This document shows positions 60,204-64,000 of a stretch of 64,000 nt of DNA, in pieces. This stretch comes from Candidatus Dadabacteria bacterium CSP1-2 (GTDB lineage Bacteria; Desulfobacterota_D; UBA1144; Nemesobacterales; CSP1-2), in NCBI GenBank assembly GCA_001443445.1, contig LDXN01000008.1:3707-67706 (forward strand), written 5' to 3'. The position numbers and the translations under genes are program-made. A model generated the notes under the pieces. The model saw only the letters and a list, made by a program, of their open reading frames with translations. It made no database searches and was not told where the DNA came from. The number at the start of each line of letters is the position of its first letter. Position 1 is the stretch's first letter.

Positions 60204-61010
60204 TTAAATTCGAATAACACAGGGTATATGTTTTACTTTTTTTATCTTTTTGGATTTTGTAGAACTAAGCCGAGTTTCAACCATGTCCAAGGCACTGCCA
60301 TGACTAACTGATATTTCTAAAAAACCTGTACTTCCAATAATTGCTAGAAATTCACCCTTTGGAACTTCTGCATAAAATTGTGATATTCCCTTTATTACCT
60401 CACCACCTATATAAACCCTTGACTTAGGTTTTATGAGCTGAGCAGGTATGTTCGTAATAAGGTTTCCGAAAGAGTCTATGTAAATAACCTCGCCTATTAT
60501 TTCACTTCCCCGAACCACTGGCTCTTTAATCTGAAGCTTTACGGGCTTCCTTACTTGCCCGCCTAAATCATCTGCTGGTACACCGAGAGAAAGGTGAGCG
60601 GCGGCAGGAGCAAAAACGTCCCTTCCATCAAAAGTAGAACCCACTTTAGGAAGAATGTATTTCGGGTTTGAAATCTTGAATGCCTTAACTGATTTGAATT
60701 CACTATAAATAAAGGTAAAAATCCCGTTATCAGGTCCTAGAAAAATATAGTTGTCAGCTTGTACAACTATAGGCTTTCTTCTACTACCCACTCCAGGATC
60801 AACAATCACTATATGAATAGTCCCTTGAGGAAAGTAATGGTAGAAATTCCTAAGAATGAAAGCAGCTTGAAAAACATCCTGAGGTACTATTTCATGCGTG
60901 ATATCAGTAATTATTACTTCAGGATTTATTGAAAGTATAACCCCTTTCATCGCCCCACTATAGTGATCTTTTAATCCAAAATCGGTTGTTAAGGTTATGA
61001 TGCGTTCCAT
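60204..61010 (-). CDS. SAM hydrolase / SAM-dependent halogenase family (DUF62)
   Basis: LTTDFG, VDPGVG, GPDNG, TFDGRDVFAP and IDSFGN. Confidence 0.9.
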   Translation of the reverse strand: MERIITLTTDFGLKDHYSGAMKGVILSINPEVIITDITHEIVPQDVFQAAFILRNFYHYFPQGTIHIVIVDPGVGSRRKPIVVQADNYIFLGPDNGIFTFIYSEFKSVKAFKISNPKYILPKVGSTFDGRDVFAPAAAHLSLGVPADDLGGQVRKPVKLQIKEPVVRGSEIIGEVIYIDSFGNLITNIPAQLIKPKSRVYIGGEVIKGISQFYAEVPKGEFLAIIGSTGFLEISVSHGSALDMVETRLSSTKSKKIKKVKHIPCVIRI

Positions 61011-61111
61011 TTTAGTTTTCCATGTTTTCTTCTCATTCACTAATTCCCAATTCCTAATCCCCAATTCCCAAACTATAATATAAACGTTACACAATTTAAC
61101 GTGACAATAAA

Positions 61112-61855
61112 ATGAAGCTCCATATCCTGGGTTCGGGAACATGCATTCCTTATGAAAGAAGAGGGTCTTCAGGGTATGCCCTTAGGCTTTCAAAGTCAAC
61201 CATTTTACTCGATTGCGGAAATGGAACTACTTGGAAGCTTGGAAAAGTTGGCATAAATTACCTAGAGGTAAACCACATATTTTTATCGCACTTTCATCCT
61301 GATCATACGGCAGATTTAATCCCATTTCTATTCGCTACTAAATATGCCCTAGTTAAGAGAGTAAAACCGCTTTATATCTGGGGATCGAGAGGATTTAAAG
61401 GTTTCTTCTCGGCACTAAATAATGCTTACAATGATTGGATCCAGCCAGACAAATTAAACATTGAAGAACTAGATGAAGGTATAATGAAATTTGACGACTT
61501 CACACTAATTTCAGGAAAAACCCTTCATATAGACAGTAGCCTTGCTTATCGGATTGAAAGTGAAGGTAAATCTATAGTTTATTCAGGTGATACTGACTAT
61601 TCAGAATCATTAGTTGAGCTTGCAAGAGATTCTGATTGCTTAATTATTGAATGCTCAATGCCCGACAAATTAAAAGTTAAAGGTCACCTTACTCCAACCG
61701 AGGTATCAAAGATAGCTAATAAATCGAAAGCTAAAAGGCTTATAATTTCGCACCTCTACCCAATCTGCGATGAATTGGATGTTATTAAGGTGATTAGAGA
61801 ACAAGTGGATGCAGAAACAATCTTGGCTGAAGATTTATTAGAGGTAGAAATCTGA
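61112..61855 (+). CDS. MBL-fold metallohydrolase, RNase Z-like
   Basis: LGSG, LLDCG, SHFHPDH, YSGDT, GHL and ISHLY. Confidence 0.85.
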   Translation: MKLHILGSGTCIPYERRGSSGYALRLSKSTILLDCGNGTTWKLGKVGINYLEVNHIFLSHFHPDHTADLIPFLFATKYALVKRVKPLYIWGSRGFKGFFSALNNAYNDWIQPDKLNIEELDEGIMKFDDFTLISGKTLHIDSSLAYRIESEGKSIVYSGDTDYSESLVELARDSDCLIIECSMPDKLKVKGHLTPTEVSKIANKSKAKRLIISHLYPICDELDVIKVIREQVDAETILAEDLLEVEI

Positions 61856-61856
61856 A

Positions 61857-61885
61857 GTAGGGGTGGGTTTGAAACCCGCCCATAC
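61857..61885. repeat. GTAG REP upstream of RAYT4
   Basis: GTAGGGGTGGGTTTGAAACCCGCCCATAC, related to 54767-54795. Confidence 0.8.
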
Positions 61886-61897
61886 AGAGTATAAAAA

Positions 61898-62427
61898 ATG
61901 CCATACAATCCTGAAAAACAACTAGACGTAGTATTCGACTGAAAGAATATGATTATTCAGAGCCAGGCATATTTTATAACGAGTTGCACTCATAATAGAG
62001 AATTGTATTTTGAACAATACCCACAACTAAAGCAAATTGTAAATCTACAATGGCAAAAAATACCAGTCAGATATGCCAATATACAATTAGTAGGGGCAAC
62101 CCTTGCGGTTGCCCAAAAGAATGGGCGGGTGCAAGACCCGCCCCTACAATTGGGGAAATCATTGGAACGTTTAAATCACTGTGCGTACATGATTGGTTAA
62201 AATACATAAAAGAAAACAGGATTAATACGGTTGGTAAATTCTGGCAACGTAATTATTATGAACACATTATCCGCAAAGAAGAACCGTTCAAACGTACACG
62301 TGAATATATTCTAACCAATCCCTTACGCTGGCATTTGGACAGAGAAAATCCCTATCGGAAAGGCGAAGATGATTTTGATAGATGGCTTGAGAGCCAATTC
62401 AAAGATGGAAGGGTCTCTCAATTTTAA
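61898..62427 (+). pseudogene. RAYT4, three frameshifts and HUH motif deleted
   Basis: MPYNPEK / RRSIRLKEYDYS / YFIT..NIQL joined to VGATLAVA / AGARPAPTIGEIIGTFKS..WQRNYYEHIIR; REP pair at 62090-62147. Confidence 0.85.
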
Positions 62428-62432
62428 CCGCC

Positions 62433-62461
62433 TTGACATTAAGACCGCAAACTGCTTTAAT
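62433..62461 (+). promoter_or_regulatory. Putative sigma-70 promoter
   Basis: TTGACA-17 bp-TTTAAT upstream of an AGGAGG RBS. Confidence 0.55.
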
Positions 62462-62484
62462 TGAGAAGTAAGGAGGGTAAAAGT

Positions 62485-63369
62485 ATGGAACTTATGGAAG
62501 CAATAGGATCAAGAAGAAGTATAAGGTTTTTTAAACCATGGAAGCCAGTGGAAGAGTGGAAGATTCAAATGATGCTTCAAGCCGCACGATATGCGTCTTG
62601 CCAAGGCAACTGCGGTTCAACCGAAGCGATTGTAATTGATAAGAGAAGATATCCAAAGGACAAATTTGAGAAGATTATAGAATGCGCCTCACCATTTAAT
62701 GAAATCCATCTTCGCCAAGCCCCGATTGTAATCGCATGGCTTTTAAACCTCGACGCCTGGTATAAGGAACTAGTCCAATCCTTTGCAGTTCTATTTCCTG
62801 CAAGGGCAGTAAGCGTGGCTCATGGCTGGACATATAAGTTACTTACAGAGGTTACTTATCCACGTCTCATGAGCTTTCCACGAGAAAGGACTGAGGCGCT
62901 CCTTAGAATTGAGGCAGGGCAAGCGATAGCTAACGCATTTCTTGTAGCAACCGAACTCGGGCTTGGGTGCTGCCTTCTTGCAACCGGGAGAAAGCCTGCT
63001 GAGTTTCCAAAGGTGTTAGGAGTCCCTGAGAACATTGTTCCGATTTGGCTTATGGCTGTTGGATATTCCGCTGAGTCCCCAGGGCAAAGACCTAGGAAGC
63101 GTTTTGATAGGTTATTTCACCTGAATGAATACGGAAATCCACTTAAAGAAGACCCAGCCGTTAAAGAAGAACTAAAAGGGAGAAAGCTAATTCAACCTAT
63201 GGACCCACTTCCAGGAAGGGATGAAGAGGTAAAGCATGTATGCAGAATGTTTGGATTTTCTGAGGATATGCCCGATATGCCCAAAGAGCACATAAAAGCC
63301 CTCTATGAAGATGAAAAGTCTCCCTACTACGGTGAACTTCCGCCAGGGCTTGAAGATAGAGGAGTGTAG
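62485..63369 (+). CDS. Nitroreductase family protein
   Basis: AIGSRRSIRFF, LVATELGLGCC and MAVGY. Confidence 0.85.
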   Translation: MELMEAIGSRRSIRFFKPWKPVEEWKIQMMLQAARYASCQGNCGSTEAIVIDKRRYPKDKFEKIIECASPFNEIHLRQAPIVIAWLLNLDAWYKELVQSFAVLFPARAVSVAHGWTYKLLTEVTYPRLMSFPRERTEALLRIEAGQAIANAFLVATELGLGCCLLATGRKPAEFPKVLGVPENIVPIWLMAVGYSAESPGQRPRKRFDRLFHLNEYGNPLKEDPAVKEELKGRKLIQPMDPLPGRDEEVKHVCRMFGFSEDMPDMPKEHIKALYEDEKSPYYGELPPGLEDRGV

Positions 63370-63375
63370 CTACAC

Positions 63376-63460
63376 AATGCGGATTTCGGATTGTGGAATG
63401 CGGATTTTTTAAATCTGCATTCTGTAATCCGCAAAAGGCAATCCGAATTCCAAAATCCAG
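63376..63460. repeat. Inverted 7-bp repeat arrays (ATGCGGA/TCCGCAT-like) between convergent genes
   Basis: AATGCGGATTTCGGATTGTGGAATGCGGATT versus AATCTGCATTCTGTAATCCGCA..AATCCGAATTCCAAAATCC. Confidence 0.75.
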
Positions 63461-63513
63461 ATGAAGTTAAGGAAATTTGCTTAAGTTGACATGCGTGCCG
63501 CAAGGGTTGTTCC

Positions 63514-64000
63514 CTACTTTTTGCATTGAGACAAAAGTCTCAGTGTTGATTCTTTCACCTCCTCAATCGTTATATCCTTGAGGCACTTAACATCATAGGG
63601 GCAACTCGGTGTGTAGCCGAATTTTGTGCAAGGACTGCAAGATAGATTTTTGTTAATCGCTACATGGCGTTTACCTATAGGTGCCCATTTCTTTTGAATA
63701 CCAGCACCGAAGAGCGAAACCGTTGGTGTTCCAACTCCGTACGCAATATGCATAATTCCAGTGTCACCTGAAATTAATATATCGAGCTTGGAGATTATTG
63801 CCGCAGTTTCCATAAGAGATGTTTCCCCAACAAAATTAAGGACTTTATCTCTTCCAACAATTTCCTCAAACCTTATTGCATCCTTAACCTCGGACCTACC
63901 ACCAACGAGTACTGTTCCTAAACCTTCTTGAGATAATCTTTTAGAAAGCTCAGCAAAATTAGTTATTCCCCATCTTCGTTCTGGAATCGTGGCTCCAGAA
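63514..64000 (-). CDS. GT9 (LPS heptosyltransferase-like), C-terminal part
   Basis: ISGDTGIMHIA, PTVSLFG, CSPC...C...CL; 5' part lies outside the window. Confidence 0.85.
   Translation of the reverse strand, partial: SGATIPERRWGITNFAELSKRLSQEGLGTVLVGGRSEVKDAIRFEEIVGRDKVLNFVGETSLMETAAIISKLDILISGDTGIMHIAYGVGTPTVSLFGAGIQKKWAPIGKRHVAINKNLSCSPCTKFGYTPSCPYDVKCLKDITIEEVKESTLRLLSQCKK

Noticed and set aside
60204..61010. True fluorinase or chlorinase
   Set aside because: Most DUF62 members are SAM hydrolases and there is no secondary-metabolite context

Overview
A bacterial chromosomal segment that is AT-rich by eye. Gene content (long HflX, a tRNA/Zn-ribbon/rnhA/rnpB block, sigma-54 activators) suggests a Desulfobacterota- or Dadabacteria-like lineage, which is inference only. 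The backbone is housekeeping: glgA, hflX, dksA, bamD, def, ald, obgE, tyrS, rimO, fmt, nadK, prfB with its programmed +1 frameshift, aroC, rlmD, queA, argG, pgeF, an RluA-family synthase, a tRNA(CAT) and RNase P RNA. There is also a sigma-54-type polyamine/GABA uptake and catabolism cluster and a small accessory islet (SIR2-like protein, two RAYT genes, DUF2283, a restriction-modification remnant). The most unusual feature is a layered system of short palindromic elements. (1) Four REP-associated tyrosine transposase (RAYT) genes, one intact, carry GTAG-type REPs inside the coding sequence just after the HUH motif. The internal REPs differ between copies and each has exact or near-exact twins in intergenic DNA. 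(2) A 23-25 nt TTCG..CTCA..CAGG mini-element and a 15-nt core sit precisely inside the loops of other REPs, inside themselves (four layers at 16102-16206) and in frame in the rimO N-terminus. (3) GATAG-type, GTCAT-type, C/G-tract, 7-mer and 9-mer repeat families fill many other intergenic gaps. No CRISPR array, reverse transcriptase or prophage was seen. All coordinates and alignments were done by eye.
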